The position numbers and the translations under genes were made by a program. From Candidatus Bathyarchaeia archaeon (lineage in GTDB: Archaea; Thermoproteota; Bathyarchaeia; Bathyarchaeales; Bathycorpusculaceae), in the NCBI GenBank assembly GCA_038882955.1, contig JAVZNC010000002.1, forward strand, positions 221,209 to 285,208: a stretch of DNA of 64,000 bases. The letters run 5' to 3'. This document shows, piece by piece, positions 38,046 to 47,908 of this stretch. How positions within the stretch are numbered: position 1 is the first letter of the stretch; each line of letters starts with the position of its first letter. The notes beneath the pieces were generated by a model, which was not told where the DNA came from, did not search any database, and worked only from the letters and a program-made list of their open reading frames with translations.

Positions 38046-40483
38046 TGGCTGAAGAAAAGGTGCAGAAACTTGGCGATGTTTCGGAAGAGGTTCGCATAGG
38101 TGTTTATGTTTGCCATTGCGGATTAAACATTGCTGGCTCTGTAGATTGTGAAGAAGTAGCCAAATTCGCCTCTACGCTTCCGTGTGTTGTTCTTGCCAAG
38201 GACTATAGATACACTTGTTCAGATCAAGGGCAAGCCATGATAAAGAACGATGTTAAGGAGCATAGGCTTAACCGTGTTGTTGTAGCCTCTTGTTCGCCGC
38301 GTCTTCATGAACCAACATTCCGCAAGGTTTGCGAAGAAGCTGGGCTAAACAAGTATCTTTTTGAGATGGCGAACATACGTGAGCATTGCAGTTGGGTTCA
38401 CTTGTATGATCGTGAGGCTGCCACCGAAAAAGCTAAAGATTTGGTTAAAATGGCTGTTGCAAAGGCTGCTCTGCTTCAACCCTTTGAGGAAATTGAGGTT
38501 CCAATACTTCGAAAGGCGTTAATTATTGGTGGCGGTGTTGCTGGAATTCAAGCTGCCCTAGACCTCGCAGACACTGGTTATGAGGTTTATCTTGTTGAGA
38601 AAGAGCCTAGCATCGGCGGGATGATGGCGCGAATAGACAAGACATTTCCAACAATGGACTGTTCGATCTGCATTCTTGCGCCCAAGATGTCGGATGTGGG
38701 GCATCACCCGAACATTGAACTTTTAACTAACAGCGAAGTCGTAGAGGTGAAAGGCTACATTGGCAATTTTCACGTAAAAATACTGAAAAAACCCAGATAT
38801 GTCACGAAGGACTGTTCTGCATGTGGCGAATGCACAAAAGTTTGTCCAGTCACAGCCCCAAACGAGTTCGACGCAGGCTTAGCCATGAGACACGCAATTT
38901 TCACTCCTTTTGCACAAGCAGTTCCAGCCACTTACATAATAGACATGAACCTCTGCCTCAACAAGGAAGGCATAATCGTCTGCGACAAATGCATACGAGC
39001 ATGCGAAAGGCAAGCCATAACCTTTGACATGAAACCAGAAACAGTAGAAATAGACGTTGGCACCATAATCGTGGCGACAGGCGCAGACGTTTTTGACCCT
39101 TCAACATTACCAAATTATGGATACGGGAAATCCCCAAACGTCATAACTTCACTGGAATTTGAAAGACTCATTAACGCTGGCGGGCCCTCTGGCGGACACC
39201 TAATAAGGCCAAGCGACAAGCAAATACCAAAGCGCGTGGCATTCGTCCAATGCGTAGGCTCCCGCTCCAACAGAAGCGAAAGGCAGTATTGCAGCAACGT
39301 CTGCTGCATGAACACTATTAAGGACAGCCTCCTAATCAAAGAACATTGGCCCGAAACAGAAATCTACGTCTCCTATGTTGACATAAGGGCTTATGGCAAG
39401 GGATTCGAAGACCTTTACAGACGGGCGAGAGAAGAAGGCGTCAAATTCATACGCGGATTACCCGCAGAAATAATTGAAGATAAGAAAACGCATAACTTGT
39501 GGCTTGTAGGCGAAAATACGCTGCAAAAAGAGCTATACAAAATAAATGTTGACATGGTGATATTGTCGGTTGGCTTGGAACCGCGAAAAGACAGCGAAAT
39601 GATACAGCGGCTACTCACCCTCTCCCGAACACAATACGGATTCTTCATGGAGGCGCATCCAAAACTAAGACCAGTGGACGCTGCAACTGGCGGCATATTT
39701 TTTGCCGGATGCGCTGAAGCGCCTAAAGACATAAAAGACAGCGTGACGCAAGCAAGCGCCGCTGCGGCTAGAGCTGGAATTTTGATGGCTAAGGGCAAAA
39801 TAGCTGTTGAGGCGATAACGCCTATAACTTTTCCAGAAAAATGCAAAGCTTGTGGACTCTGCACAAAAGTTTGTCCCTACAACGCTTTAACTTTAAATAA
39901 AGAGTTGAAGCGTGTAGAAGTGATAGAGGCGGCTTGCGGCGGTTGCGGAACATGCGCAGCCGAATGCCCATTCGAAGCCTTAACCCAAAAACACTTCACA
40001 GACGAACAGATTCTTGCGCAAATAGACGCCGTAACGGAACATGACGCACATAAGAAGATTGTTGCTTTCTGCTGCAACTGGTGCGCCTATGCGGGCGCGG
40101 ACTTCGCTGGAGTAAGCAGAATGCAATATCCGCCAAGTGTCCGAATAATAAGAACCATGTGTTCTGGGCGGGTTTCACCAAAATTCATTGAAAGAGCCTT
40201 TGCAAGGGGCGCTGCAGCGGTGCTTGTTGCTGGTTGTCATCCAGGAGATTGCCATTACATAAACGCCAACTACCAAACGCAGAAGCGTGTGGATCGCTTC
40301 TGGAAAAGAATGGAACAGCTAGGATTGAATAAGGAGAGACTTCAACTTTTGTGGGCTTCTGCGGCGGAAGGCGAAAGAATTGCCTCAAAAATTCGTGAGA
40401 TGCACAAGATGATAGAGAGCATTCCGTTTGAAGAAATAGAACGTTCCAAAAAGGCTTTTGAAAAAGCTTTTGGAGGAAATTAA
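38042..40483 (+). CDS. hdrA: Heterodisulfide reductase subunit A fused to a C-terminal MvhD
   Basis: GVYVCHCG, ASCSPRLHE, ANIREHCSWVH, GGGVAG, KTFPTMDCSIC, QCVGSR, YCSNVCC, then MvhD FCCNWCAY..IRTMCSGRV..GCHPGDCHY. Confidence 0.95.
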   Translation: MMAEEKVQKLGDVSEEVRIGVYVCHCGLNIAGSVDCEEVAKFASTLPCVVLAKDYRYTCSDQGQAMIKNDVKEHRLNRVVVASCSPRLHEPTFRKVCEEAGLNKYLFEMANIREHCSWVHLYDREAATEKAKDLVKMAVAKAALLQPFEEIEVPILRKALIIGGGVAGIQAALDLADTGYEVYLVEKEPSIGGMMARIDKTFPTMDCSICILAPKMSDVGHHPNIELLTNSEVVEVKGYIGNFHVKILKKPRYVTKDCSACGECTKVCPVTAPNEFDAGLAMRHAIFTPFAQAVPATYIIDMNLCLNKEGIIVCDKCIRACERQAITFDMKPETVEIDVGTIIVATGADVFDPSTLPNYGYGKSPNVITSLEFERLINAGGPSGGHLIRPSDKQIPKRVAFVQCVGSRSNRSERQYCSNVCCMNTIKDSLLIKEHWPETEIYVSYVDIRAYGKGFEDLYRRAREEGVKFIRGLPAEIIEDKKTHNLWLVGENTLQKELYKINVDMVILSVGLEPRKDSEMIQRLLTLSRTQYGFFMEAHPKLRPVDAATGGIFFAGCAEAPKDIKDSVTQASAAAARAGILMAKGKIAVEAITPITFPEKCKACGLCTKVCPYNALTLNKELKRVEVIEAACGGCGTCAAECPFEALTQKHFTDEQILAQIDAVTEHDAHKKIVAFCCNWCAYAGADFAGVSRMQYPPSVRIIRTMCSGRVSPKFIERAFARGAAAVLVAGCHPGDCHYINANYQTQKRVDRFWKRMEQLGLNKERLQLLWASAAEGERIASKIREMHKMIESIPFEEIERSKKAFEKAFGGN

Positions 40484-40486
40484 AGC

Positions 40487-40777
40487 ATGCCAGAAAGAAT
40501 TTGGCGTAAACCCCTTGACAGCGAGAAAGCAAAGCCACTGAAAGCAGAAATTCACATAATTCGCGACCAGTGTAAAGGCTGCGGCTTCTGCATTCAATAC
40601 TGCCCCCAAAAAGTTTTGGAAGAATCAAATGATATTAATGCGCGTGGGGTTCACCCGCCAAGGGTTGTTAACGAAAGCAAATGTGTTTTGTGCAGTTTTT
40701 GCACATCGGTTTGTCCAGATTTCGCCATATTCGTGATCGAAAAGAAGGAGCGAGAAGAAAATGTCAAGCATAATTAA
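40487..40777 (+). CDS. korD: 2-oxoacid:ferredoxin oxidoreductase delta subunit (ferredoxin)
   Basis: CKGCGFCIQYCP and CVLCSFCTSVCPDFAI. Confidence 0.85.
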   Translation: MPERIWRKPLDSEKAKPLKAEIHIIRDQCKGCGFCIQYCPQKVLEESNDINARGVHPPRVVNESKCVLCSFCTSVCPDFAIFVIEKKEREENVKHN

Positions 40778-41924
40778 AAAGAAGGCCATACTGACGGGCG
40801 CCCACTTCATGAACGGCGACTTTGCATGTGCAGAAGGAGCAATAGTAGCGGGCTGCAGATTCTTTGCGGGATACCCTATCACTCCAGCAACGGAAATTGC
40901 CGAGCGTCTTGCGGAAAGAATGCCAGAAGTAGGCGGAATCTACATTCAAATGGAAGACGAAATTGCATCAATTGCGGCGGTTATAGGCGCTTCCTATGCT
41001 GGATTAAAAGCCATGACCGCTACTTCTGGGCCGGGCTTTAGCCTAATGCAAGAGAACATCGGTTTGGCTGTTATGACGGAAACTCCGTGCGTAATCGTTG
41101 ATGTTATGCGTGGCGGACCAAGTACGGGACAGCCGACGATGCCGGGGCAGCAGGATGTTATGCAAGCTAAGTGGGGTTCTCATGGAGATTACGAAATTAT
41201 TGCTTTGTCGCCTTCCTCTGTTCAGGAAATGTTTGATTTGACGGTTGAAGCTTTTAACTTGTCCGAGATTTATCGTGTCCCAACGATATTGTTGGCTGAT
41301 GAGGTTGTTGGGCATATGTGGGAAAAAGTGGTTATTCCACCGCCTGAAAATTTGAGAATTGTTAATCGTAAAAAGCCAAATGTTCCGCCAGAAAAGTATT
41401 TTCCATTCATGCCCGACGACGACCTTGTTCCGCCTATGGCATGTTTCGGAGAGGGTTTCGCTTTTCACGCTACTGGTTTGACACATGATGAGCATGGTTA
41501 CCCGCAAACGCAGAGTTCAGAAGTTCAAGAACGACTTGTTAAGAGGCTCTGCGACAAGATACGAAAGAACGTGGACAAAATAGTGAAGGTTGAAGAGGTT
41601 ATGCTTGAGGACGCGGACGTTGTGGTTGTTGCCTACGGCATAGTTGCAAGAGCCGCTTTAAGCGCCGTTAGAAAGGCTAGGGCAGAGGGCATAAAGGCTG
41701 GACTTCTCCGTCCAATCACATTGTGGCCGTTCCCAGAAAAGCATGTAGGAAAAGCCGCGGAAAAAGCGAAGAAAATAGTTGTTGCAGAAATGAACTGTGG
41801 TCAACTCTTACGCGAGGTTCAAAGAGCAGCTAAAGAAACTCCAGTTGTTTTCCTTACGAAACTGGGTGAAGAACCACATACGCCTATGGAAATTTTGGAG
41901 GCAATTAGGAGGAACAATAAATGA
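40761..41924 (+). CDS. korA: 2-oxoacid (likely 2-oxoglutarate):ferredoxin oxidoreductase alpha subunit
   Basis: FFAGYPITPATE, QMEDEIAS, TSGPGFSLMQE, RGGPSTG. Confidence 0.9.
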   Translation: MSSIIKKKAILTGAHFMNGDFACAEGAIVAGCRFFAGYPITPATEIAERLAERMPEVGGIYIQMEDEIASIAAVIGASYAGLKAMTATSGPGFSLMQENIGLAVMTETPCVIVDVMRGGPSTGQPTMPGQQDVMQAKWGSHGDYEIIALSPSSVQEMFDLTVEAFNLSEIYRVPTILLADEVVGHMWEKVVIPPPENLRIVNRKKPNVPPEKYFPFMPDDDLVPPMACFGEGFAFHATGLTHDEHGYPQTQSSEVQERLVKRLCDKIRKNVDKIVKVEEVMLEDADVVVVAYGIVARAALSAVRKARAEGIKAGLLRPITLWPFPEKHVGKAAEKAKKIVVAEMNCGQLLREVQRAAKETPVVFLTKLGEEPHTPMEILEAIRRNNK

Positions 41925-42760
41925 CAACGGAGGTTGAACATCCGCTCTCACGGTATTTGCGAAAGGCTATGATGCCTCACATATGGTGTTCTGGATGTGG
42001 CAACGGCATAATCCTCAACTGCTTCGTTCACGCAGTGGATGAGCTGCAAATGGACATGGACAAGCTTGTGGTTGTTTCTGGAATTGGCTGTATTGGGCGT
42101 GCAGCGGGCTACATAAACACAAATTCCTTCCACACAACACACGGTCGCCCAATAGCTTTTGCTACTGGAGTGAAACTTGCTAACCCAAACCTTGAAGTAG
42201 TCGTCATAAGTGGCGACGGCGACCTCTTCGCAATTGGTGGAAACCACTTCATACATGCAGCGCGGAGAAACATAGGGATAAAGGTGATCTGCGCAAACAA
42301 CTTCAATTATGGAATGACTGGTGGACAACAGGGACCAACAACACCACTTGAAGCAATTACAACAACAACGCCTTATGGAAACATTGAGCATCCATTCAAC
42401 CTTGTTCACCTCGCTGCGGCTTCTGGGGCAACGTATGTGGCCAGGTGGACAACGCTTCATGTGCGCAGGTTGACGCAGTCAATTAAGAGGCTCTTGCAGA
42501 AGGATGGCTTCGGCTTTATTGAAGTTGTTTCGCCATGTCCCGAAATTTATGGTCGGCACAACAAGATGAGAACTGGACTTGAAATGATGGAGTGGTTTAG
42601 AAGAAGCTCCGTGGTGGAAAACTTTTCCGATCCTGCGAAGGCTGAAATTACTCCGCAAAGGATAGTTGTTGGAGAATTTATGAACATAGATAAGATAAGT
42701 TATGAGAGATTTCTCCATGAGAAGATAGCGCATATAAATGAGGAGAAAATGTGGCGGTGA
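41921..42760 (+). CDS. korB: 2-oxoacid:ferredoxin oxidoreductase beta subunit
   Basis: WCSGCG, SGIGC, HTTHGR, GDGD..AIGGNH (TPP motif), YGMTGGQ. Confidence 0.92.
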   Translation: MTTEVEHPLSRYLRKAMMPHIWCSGCGNGIILNCFVHAVDELQMDMDKLVVVSGIGCIGRAAGYINTNSFHTTHGRPIAFATGVKLANPNLEVVVISGDGDLFAIGGNHFIHAARRNIGIKVICANNFNYGMTGGQQGPTTPLEAITTTTPYGNIEHPFNLVHLAAASGATYVARWTTLHVRRLTQSIKRLLQKDGFGFIEVVSPCPEIYGRHNKMRTGLEMMEWFRRSSVVENFSDPAKAEITPQRIVVGEFMNIDKISYERFLHEKIAHINEEKMWR

Positions 42761-42767
42761 TTTAAAT

Positions 42768-43313
42768 ATGCGAGTTGAAGTTAGATTTGCAGGTTTCGGC
42801 GGTCAAGGCATAATAAAATCTGGCATAATTGTGGCGTCAGCTGCATGTATTTACGGCGGAAAAAACGCCGTCCAAACACAGTCTTATGGTCCAGAATCTA
42901 GGGGTGGCGCTTGCAAATCCGAAGTTGTCATAGCCGAAGAGGACATCGATTTTCCCAAAGTTGTTGAACCAGACGTGTTGGTTGTGATGTCTCAACACGC
43001 CTACAACGAGTATGCGGAAAACGTTAAAGCTGGTGGAACAATACTTTTAGATCCAGACATGATCCCCCACGAGAGAGATTTACGTGGCGTAAAGGTTTTT
43101 CGTGTACCAGCAACGCGAATTGCTGAAGAACTTGGCAGAAAAATTGTTGCCAACATAGTTATGCTTGGCGCTTTTGCGTCAATCACCAAACTTATTGATA
43201 AGGACGCTGTGAAAAGCGCCATTAAAGACAATGTGCCCAAAGGAACTGAAGAGTTAAATCTCAACGCTTTCGAAATGGGTTATAATTATGGAGAAAACCT
43301 TCTGAAAAGCTAG
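42768..43313 (+). CDS. korC: 2-oxoacid:ferredoxin oxidoreductase gamma subunit
   Basis: AGFGGQG, SYGPESRGG, ANIVMLGA. Confidence 0.9.
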   Translation: MRVEVRFAGFGGQGIIKSGIIVASAACIYGGKNAVQTQSYGPESRGGACKSEVVIAEEDIDFPKVVEPDVLVVMSQHAYNEYAENVKAGGTILLDPDMIPHERDLRGVKVFRVPATRIAEELGRKIVANIVMLGAFASITKLIDKDAVKSAIKDNVPKGTEELNLNAFEMGYNYGENLLKS

Positions 43314-43314
43314 T

Positions 43315-43956
43315 TTATCCAGCTTTCTGCGTTTGCGGTTGCGCCACTTGGGTCACTAGCTTTGATTTTCTTATGCCCACGTGCCTTAGTGGAATAACTT
43401 TTTTCGCTTCGTTGTATATGTCTGACGCTATTTTCCCAAGAACTATTTCTTGAGCAAACTGGTCTAATGTTAGGTTTGCAGCTTTCTCATTAATTATTTT
43501 CTCCATTATTGTTCTAACGGCTTTTTCTTGTGATGTTTTGATTCTTGAAAGCGTAAAGGCGGATGCTGCTAGACGTAGTTTGTATCCGTCCTTTGTTGTA
43601 ACGTTAAATATTCCATCAACCTTCGTGGTTCTTCTTCTAACGAGGCTGCGTAGATAGTCCCTTGCGTACTCGTGCCCCTTAAACATGGTTTTGGCTGTTT
43701 TCCCATCAACTTCTGTTATCTGGAAGTACATTTTCAAGTATTGATGTGCAAAATCGTTTGTGATATCATAAAGTGTCGAATCGATAACCCTTCCTATGAG
43801 TTTTTCTGGTTCGTCTGCTGGCACCGTGCCTAACTCTACGTTTCCAAAGTACGGTGGCGCTAACACGGTGTACCATGCTTTGCTTCGCCACTTATCCCGA
43901 ACTTTCTTTGTTTTTGTTGACAAGCCAATCCTCCGTGTTGTAGCTTTGAAATTCAC
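43315..43956 (-). CDS. rps3ae: 30S ribosomal protein S3Ae (eS1)
   Basis: DKWRSKAWY, DYLRSLVRR, PLRHVGIRKSK; the true start is probably ~43923. Confidence 0.95.
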   Translation of the reverse strand: MNFKATTRRIGLSTKTKKVRDKWRSKAWYTVLAPPYFGNVELGTVPADEPEKLIGRVIDSTLYDITNDFAHQYLKMYFQITEVDGKTAKTMFKGHEYARDYLRSLVRRRTTKVDGIFNVTTKDGYKLRLAASAFTLSRIKTSQEKAVRTIMEKIINEKAANLTLDQFAQEIVLGKIASDIYNEAKKVIPLRHVGIRKSKLVTQVAQPQTQKAG

Positions 43957-43974
43957 ATCAAAGTATTAAAAGCT

Positions 43975-45276
43975 TTACCGTTTAGCTTCTATTTTCTCTA
44001 TGCCGCCCATGTACCTTCTTAAAACTTCTGGAACTATAACCGACCCGTCTTCTTGCTGGTAATTTTCAAGTATGGCAACCATGGTTCTGCCAGTGGCTAT
44101 GGCTGTTGAATTCAACGTGTGAACAAACCCCTTTGGTGGAGCGCCTTCTTTTTCTCTATACTTTATGTTTAGTCTCCTAGCCTGATAATCCGTGCAGTTG
44201 CTGCATGAGACTATTTCTCTGTAGGCGTTTTGCGCGGGCATCCACGCCTCTAAATCATACTTTTTCGCGGCAACTGTTCCGATGTCTCCAGTGCAAACGT
44301 TTACCACGCGGTAGGGCAACCCAAGTTTTTGAATGATTTCTTCCGCGTTTCTTATGAGTTCTTCATGCATCTTCCACGAGTCTTCTGGCTTGCAAAATAT
44401 GAACTGCTCAATCTTGTTGAATTGGTGCGTTCTAAATATTCCTCTAGTGTCCTTGCCATGTGCGCCTGCTTCTTTCCTAAAGTTTGTGCTTACTCCAACA
44501 AACTTTAGCGGTAAATCCTCTTCCTTCAATACTTCGTTCATGTACATGGCTGCTATGGGATGCTCGGAAGTTGCAATCATGTACAAGTCTTCATCTTCAA
44601 CTTTGTATAGGACATCTTCGAAATCGCTTAGCGAAACCACGCCCTCATAAGGTTTTCTTCGCATCATGAATGGTGGCTCTATTGGCTTATATCCTCTCTT
44701 AATCATCTCTTCTAGGGCAAAGTTCATCAGCGCCATGTCCAAAAGTACTCCCTCGTTTTTTAAATAAAAGAATCTGGCACCAGCGATTTTTCCAGCTCTT
44801 TCCACATCCATTATGTCAAGTTTTAGTGCCATGTCGATGTGGTCTCTGACTGGAAAGCTGAACTTGGGTATTTCTCCCCAAGTTCTTATCGGCACATTAT
44901 CGTTTTCATCCCTGCCTACTGGCACGCTTTCATGCAAGAGGTTTGGCAGACGCATTAAACAATTGTGCACTTTTTCTTCGTAATCCGCTACTTGCTTCTC
45001 TATTTTTTCTATCTCTAAATCAATCCTTTTTGCCTTTGCTAGCTCCTTCTCGGCGCTTTCCCCTTTCTTCTTTAATGCTGCAATTTGCGTGGTTACAATT
45101 CTCCTTTCATGGCGGAGTTCATTCAAGCTCGCTAACAGTTGACGCCACATGCGGTCATAATTAATTAACTCGTCCAGTATCCTAATGTTTTCTGGGTCTC
45201 CCCTCTTCATCAAGTTGTTTTTTACGAATTCTGGTTTTTCACGGATGAATTTAATGTCAAGCATTTTATCACGCAA
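43975..45276 (-). CDS. serS: Serine--tRNA ligase
   Basis: MLDIKFIRE, ATSEHP, FRKEAG, THQFNK, SCSNCTDYQARR, HTLNSTA. Confidence 0.97.
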   Translation of the reverse strand: MRDKMLDIKFIREKPEFVKNNLMKRGDPENIRILDELINYDRMWRQLLASLNELRHERRIVTTQIAALKKKGESAEKELAKAKRIDLEIEKIEKQVADYEEKVHNCLMRLPNLLHESVPVGRDENDNVPIRTWGEIPKFSFPVRDHIDMALKLDIMDVERAGKIAGARFFYLKNEGVLLDMALMNFALEEMIKRGYKPIEPPFMMRRKPYEGVVSLSDFEDVLYKVEDEDLYMIATSEHPIAAMYMNEVLKEEDLPLKFVGVSTNFRKEAGAHGKDTRGIFRTHQFNKIEQFIFCKPEDSWKMHEELIRNAEEIIQKLGLPYRVVNVCTGDIGTVAAKKYDLEAWMPAQNAYREIVSCSNCTDYQARRLNIKYREKEGAPPKGFVHTLNSTAIATGRTMVAILENYQQEDGSVIVPEVLRRYMGGIEKIEAKR

Positions 45277-45414
45277 GACTATGGTTATAGCTTCTTTTAG
45301 TCTTCTAACTTTACATTTTGAATTAACTATTTAACCTTGCGATATAAATGAGGTGAATATGGGAAAGTGTTTTATCTTCCTATTCACAACCATCTTGTTT
45401 CTGGTTGGGTGGTT

Positions 45415-45654
45415 ATGCCAACAGCCTTCGTGTTAATTAACGCTGAGCTGGGTTCTGAGGGAAATGTGCTGCAAGAATTGAAGAAAATCGAAGGAGTTGA
45501 GGAAGCGTTCAACGTTTACGGAACCTATGACATTGTTGTAAAAGTGAAGTCTGACACGATGGACAAGCTTAAGGAAATCGTGACTTGGCGTATTAGAAGG
45601 CTTGACAATGTACGGGCAACATTAACATTGATGGCAGTTGAAGAAACGAAGTAG
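45415..45654 (+). CDS. Stand-alone Lrp/AsnC ligand-binding (RAM) domain
   Basis: AFVLINAELG...VYGTYDIVVKV...IRRLDNVRATLTL; no HTH. Confidence 0.88.
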   Translation: MPTAFVLINAELGSEGNVLQELKKIEGVEEAFNVYGTYDIVVKVKSDTMDKLKEIVTWRIRRLDNVRATLTLMAVEETK

Positions 45655-45655
45655 A

Positions 45656-45907
45656 CTATCTTTCCTTTTTCCTTAATATTTGCAAGCTTTTCTCTGCCAC
45701 AGAAACGCAGGAGAGTAAATCGTCAATTGTGGAGATAAAAGTCTGAAATTTCTCATAGCATTTGATTTTAGTGACAACTTTCGAATCTTCGCAAAAAGTG
45801 TCTACAGTCAAGCCTTTTGGCGTTTTAAAATTGTCTGGCGAAACAGCATTTGCTATAGCACTTGCCACATTGCTGTCGTCGTACTCAATTGTTATTTCAG
45901 CTTCCAA
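45656..45907 (-). CDS. pcc1: KEOPS subunit Pcc1
   Basis: AIANAVSPDN...STIDDLL; conserved position after the recJ-like gene. Confidence 0.8.
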   Translation of the reverse strand: MEAEITIEYDDSNVASAIANAVSPDNFKTPKGLTVDTFCEDSKVVTKIKCYEKFQTFISTIDDLLSCVSVAEKSLQILRKKER

Positions 45908-47360
45908 TTTTTTCGCCTTTCAACTGTTTTCCAATAAGTTCATCAACAATTTTAATAAAAACGTCAACATTCGCCATTGGAACCTGCGCACCAGCCGCAA
46001 CATTATGTCCTCCGCCGTTCCCCATGCACTTCTCAGCTGCAATCTGCATTATTTCTCCGAGATTTATGCCCTTATTTACCATCATATCTATGGTTCTCGC
46101 CGAGAACTTTGCAAGGTTTTCTTCTTCAACGTTTGCGTACGCAATTAAGGGTTTTTCCGGGTTTGGAAGACTTGTCGACAAGATTGATGAAACAGCGCCA
46201 ATTATCTTATCGTCTATAAAATCTTCGCCGTAAACAACGTAAATATTGTCCATTTCGCGCATTCTTTCAGCGGGCTTTTCCATAACCCATCCAAGATACT
46301 TGCTGATTGTTCCCCTATATTCCTCAAGCACTTTTATCGCGTTTTCAAGGGCTGATCCCCTATCTCCCATACAAATGGAGACGCCGAGACTCGGTTTATC
46401 CATGCGACCAGTAGCGTTCAGTAATACCGCAAATTCTCTTGCATCTCTGAGGGGCGTCCACGGCTCCTCGTTTTTTAATGTGTAAACATGTCCTATTAGG
46501 TTTCCAATTTCGTAGTGCAATCCTTTCGAGATTAAGTGGTCAGCGATTGCTGAGCAGAGCGCTCTTTTTTCCTCTTCAGATAGATCTCTTAAAGCGCGCC
46601 ACTTTTCGCCGTTCTTCAATTTTATGTTTAGGCTTGCCAAAAACTCCACGCTTTTGTCTTCTCTTCCACTTATGTCTGGTATGAACGGATTTGTAGTTGA
46701 AGCCAAACTTTTATGGATTGGACGTGTTTCCCTACCAAAAAATATTAGGTCTTTCTCAACAGTCACTAATCCCGCATTTAAGGCGTCTTCAACTATTTTT
46801 GCGTTGACGCCGCCGAGCATCCGCTGATCATACTTATCTTGTAAGTCGCCCAACGCTCCGACGATGGCTACGGGCGCCAAATCCACATTATTCTTGTCAA
46901 CAGCTTTTGCCACGAGGTAGGCGACTCCAGAGCCGCTGATATCGCGTGCACCATCTATCCCGTGCAGATGCGGGTTTACTTGTACGAAATTGGGTGACTC
47001 CTTTTCAGCGACTTGGTGGTGGTCTAAAACTACTATCTTGAAGTCTGCAAGTTTCTGGTTTAACATATTCATGTATCCGCTTCCAAAGTCTGTAAAGATT
47101 ATGAGTTTGGGCTTGTCCGATATGATTTCGCCGACAATTTTTTCGTCAACCCACTGGGTTATTCTAATCCTAAAATTAGCATCAAGTCTAAACAGCATTT
47201 TTCCAACAATTCCAGCTGCTGCCACGCCATCAGCATCTAAATGTGAAAAAATATGGATGAAACCGTCTTCTTTGGCGATTTCCAGTATTGTTTTAGCCGC
47301 GCGGTTGGTGGAATCTAAAAATTCTGACATTTGTTTTTCTTCGTTATTCATTGTAATCAT
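45897..47360 (-). CDS. RecJ-like DHH protein (GAN/Cdc45 homolog)
   Basis: HLDADG, TDFGSG, LDHH, GGGHNVAAG; rps15-DHH-pcc1 synteny. Confidence 0.88.
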   Translation of the reverse strand: MITMNNEEKQMSEFLDSTNRAAKTILEIAKEDGFIHIFSHLDADGVAAAGIVGKMLFRLDANFRIRITQWVDEKIVGEIISDKPKLIIFTDFGSGYMNMLNQKLADFKIVVLDHHQVAEKESPNFVQVNPHLHGIDGARDISGSGVAYLVAKAVDKNNVDLAPVAIVGALGDLQDKYDQRMLGGVNAKIVEDALNAGLVTVEKDLIFFGRETRPIHKSLASTTNPFIPDISGREDKSVEFLASLNIKLKNGEKWRALRDLSEEEKRALCSAIADHLISKGLHYEIGNLIGHVYTLKNEEPWTPLRDAREFAVLLNATGRMDKPSLGVSICMGDRGSALENAIKVLEEYRGTISKYLGWVMEKPAERMREMDNIYVVYGEDFIDDKIIGAVSSILSTSLPNPEKPLIAYANVEEENLAKFSARTIDMMVNKGINLGEIMQIAAEKCMGNGGGHNVAAGAQVPMANVDVFIKIVDELIGKQLKGEKIGS

Positions 47361-47402
47361 AAGAGGCTAGTACGCCTAATTATTTAAGGGTTAAACAAAT
47401 TT

Positions 47403-47843
47403 TTAGGCGATAGAGGCTATTTTGGGTTCATATTTCCAGTTTGACGGTAAGACGCCTTCTCTCTTATAATATCTTGATAGTTTGTGGATTTTCGCTTCCA
47501 CAAGCTGCAGTGCCCTTTTGTTATGCAAATCTTTCTTGTTTTTTTCAAGGTGGGCAGCGAGGCTTTCAGCCTTTTTAAGCAAGTTTCCCAAGTCCTCTGG
47601 AATTGAAGGCGCGAGTCCAGCATCCTTAAGTATCTGCGTTATGGTTTTTCCTGTTATGGGCTTAACTAATGGTATTGCATACTGATCGCGTAGCATCGTG
47701 CCTATGCGGCTTGGCGCGTGTCCTTCCCGAGCAAGCTTGATGATTAGGGCTTCTACTTCTTCTGGTTGATATTTGCACCAGCTTGGCGGTCTCTTGCTTA
47801 CTGGTCTTGTTTGATGGGATTTTCCTTTTTCCTGCTTTGGCAT
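47403..47843 (-). CDS. rps15: 30S ribosomal protein S15 (uS15)
   Basis: IGTMLRDQY, PEDL, HLEKNKKDLHNKRALQL, RYYKREGVLPSNWKY. Confidence 0.96.
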   Translation of the reverse strand: MPKQEKGKSHQTRPVSKRPPSWCKYQPEEVEALIIKLAREGHAPSRIGTMLRDQYAIPLVKPITGKTITQILKDAGLAPSIPEDLGNLLKKAESLAAHLEKNKKDLHNKRALQLVEAKIHKLSRYYKREGVLPSNWKYEPKIASIA

Positions 47844-47908
47844 CTCTTATCCCTTTAAGCTCTGTATGAGCGATGGTAGCCAGATATTTAAAATTATTGA
47901 TGAAAGTT

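Noticed and set aside
36597-40483. Methanogenesis inferred from Hdr genes
   Set aside because: There is no hdrB, mcr or mtr in the window, and HdrA-MvhD is widespread in non-methanogens.
44540-44547. ATGTACAT copy inside serS
   Set aside because: It is an isolated coding-region match with no phased partner in a promoter, so it is treated as background.
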